64,000 nt of DNA from Syncephalis fuscata S228 (taxonomy: Eukaryota; Fungi; Zoopagomycota): contig JAHLTZ010000007.1 in the NCBI GenBank assembly GCA_025786725.1, forward strand, positions 434,001 to 498,000. The letters run 5' to 3'. Within the stretch, counting starts at the first letter, position 1. Each line of letters opens with the position of its first letter. Both the position numbers and the translations under genes were made by a program. The notes below the pieces were generated by a model. That model worked only from the letters and a program-made list of their open reading frames with translations, searched no databases and was not told the DNA's origin. Positions 62,848 to 64,000 of the stretch are shown here, piece by piece.

Positions 62848-64000
62848 TTATCCTTCTACTTCATAAGCATTTGCCTTATGTTTAGGAATAAAGTGAAAGT
62901 CACTCGGTGCAGGACCCAAAAACATTTCACTAATAAAAGATTAATTAAACAATTATAAATATTAACTAGTTGTATTACCTAATCTTGACCCAGTCGCTGG
63001 CCCGCTCACTAGCCAATAACGTTTCCATCTCATTTCTTCCCTTAAATGACGGTGGTCTTTCATTGATACGCTGGGGCAATACTTCAAGTAATCCAACTGG
63101 GATATAACTGGATAGATAACCATTAATAACCAGCCATGACTGTTAGTGATCAACTTACCGATGAAGGAAAGATTGCCATTCACATAGGAAACGGCGTGTT
63201 TGATTTACGCCCTATTCGTTAAACAGATAATATTAATTAATCAACTCAATAAACAACTCATTGATTATTTACCTGAGTATCGGATCCCCAATGTTCTAGG
63301 CCGTAGTTGCAGAAATCTTTCATAATATCAAGACGTTCAGTAGCAGAAATATCCCAATGGCGGCGTGTTTTAATTTCGTCAAATAGCCATGGCTTAATCT
63401 AATTAACAATAGTTAATAAAGTTAATGATCTACTTTGTGTGCATGTGTATCTATTTACCAAAGCACCTCTAAATAGCAATAATAGTGATAATAATAATGA
63501 TAACAATAATACATTAATTAGTTAATTAATAGTATATAAACTTGTAATGACCTACCTTCCAATCATAATACCGTCAACTTTATCTTCTTCTATATGATTG
63601 TAGTATTCTTCATAGGAAAGAACATCGCCATTACCAAAGAATTGCATGCCATTACGCAATCCACTACATTCCTTAATATAGTTCCAATCAGCTCGACGAG
63701 TGTATCGTTGTTGACGAGATCTGCCATGTAACTAAATTGTACATTAGTATAGTTACAATGAACAAATGAATAACCACTTACCGTGCCTAAAGCACATCCC
63801 TATTATATATCATTATTATTATTATTGATTAATAAAGACATTCATTATTATATATTAACCAACTTACCCATGCATCAAATCGTGGTACAAGTTTATGAGC
63901 CAAACTTTTATTGTCCCATACGCCCGTACGGAATTTGATAGTTAGTGGACAGCTTAGCACCTATATGAACATATACATATCAATATATAGATAGTATTTA
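62848..64000 (-). CDS. DUS3: tRNA-dihydrouridine(47) synthase, 3' part (5' end outside window)
   Basis: [18 protein letters not shown]; FGNGDVLS; [18 protein letters not shown]; [12 protein letters not shown]; [10 protein letters not shown]. Confidence 0.93.

Overview
AT-rich, intron-dense eukaryotic DNA from a fungus. Short GT-AG introns with CTAAC/CTGAC-type branch points, a Cet1-type RNA triphosphatase and homoserine kinase support this; an early-diverging lineage such as Zoopagomycota is my inference only. The core carries ordinary multi-exon genes: a PLB1-like GDSL lipase, a kelch membrane protein, an RGS-oxidoreductase fusion, SCD6/LSM14, a DH-PH protein, THR1, SEC27, a golgin-like coiled-coil protein, COG4, a UPF1-like SF1 helicase, U2AF1, CET1 and DUS3. 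An accessory island at about 45.7-61.0 kb holds three F-box-like paralogues and small secreted-peptide genes. Main result: the apparent ~81-bp AT-rich tandem repeats at 1-869 and 51.65-54.28 kb are not satellite DNA. They are arrays of homologous introns, each separated by a 3-nt exon (AG|NNN|GT). Joining a signal-peptide exon (50667-50760) to 33 microexons and a final exon gives an open 65-aa prepropeptide, MKLSIAVICTIVVALVASTVMVDANPALVRR-DRCKDCVGGCRHQQGPDHSDRPSCKQQCKNIGEC*. The paralogue at the window start keeps the Cys spacing and a split stop codon but changes most other residues. This looks like a family of one-residue-per-exon micro-exon genes for diversifying secreted Cys-rich peptides; no transcript evidence is available here. 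Several housekeeping genes carry single-base frameshifts, most likely assembly errors.
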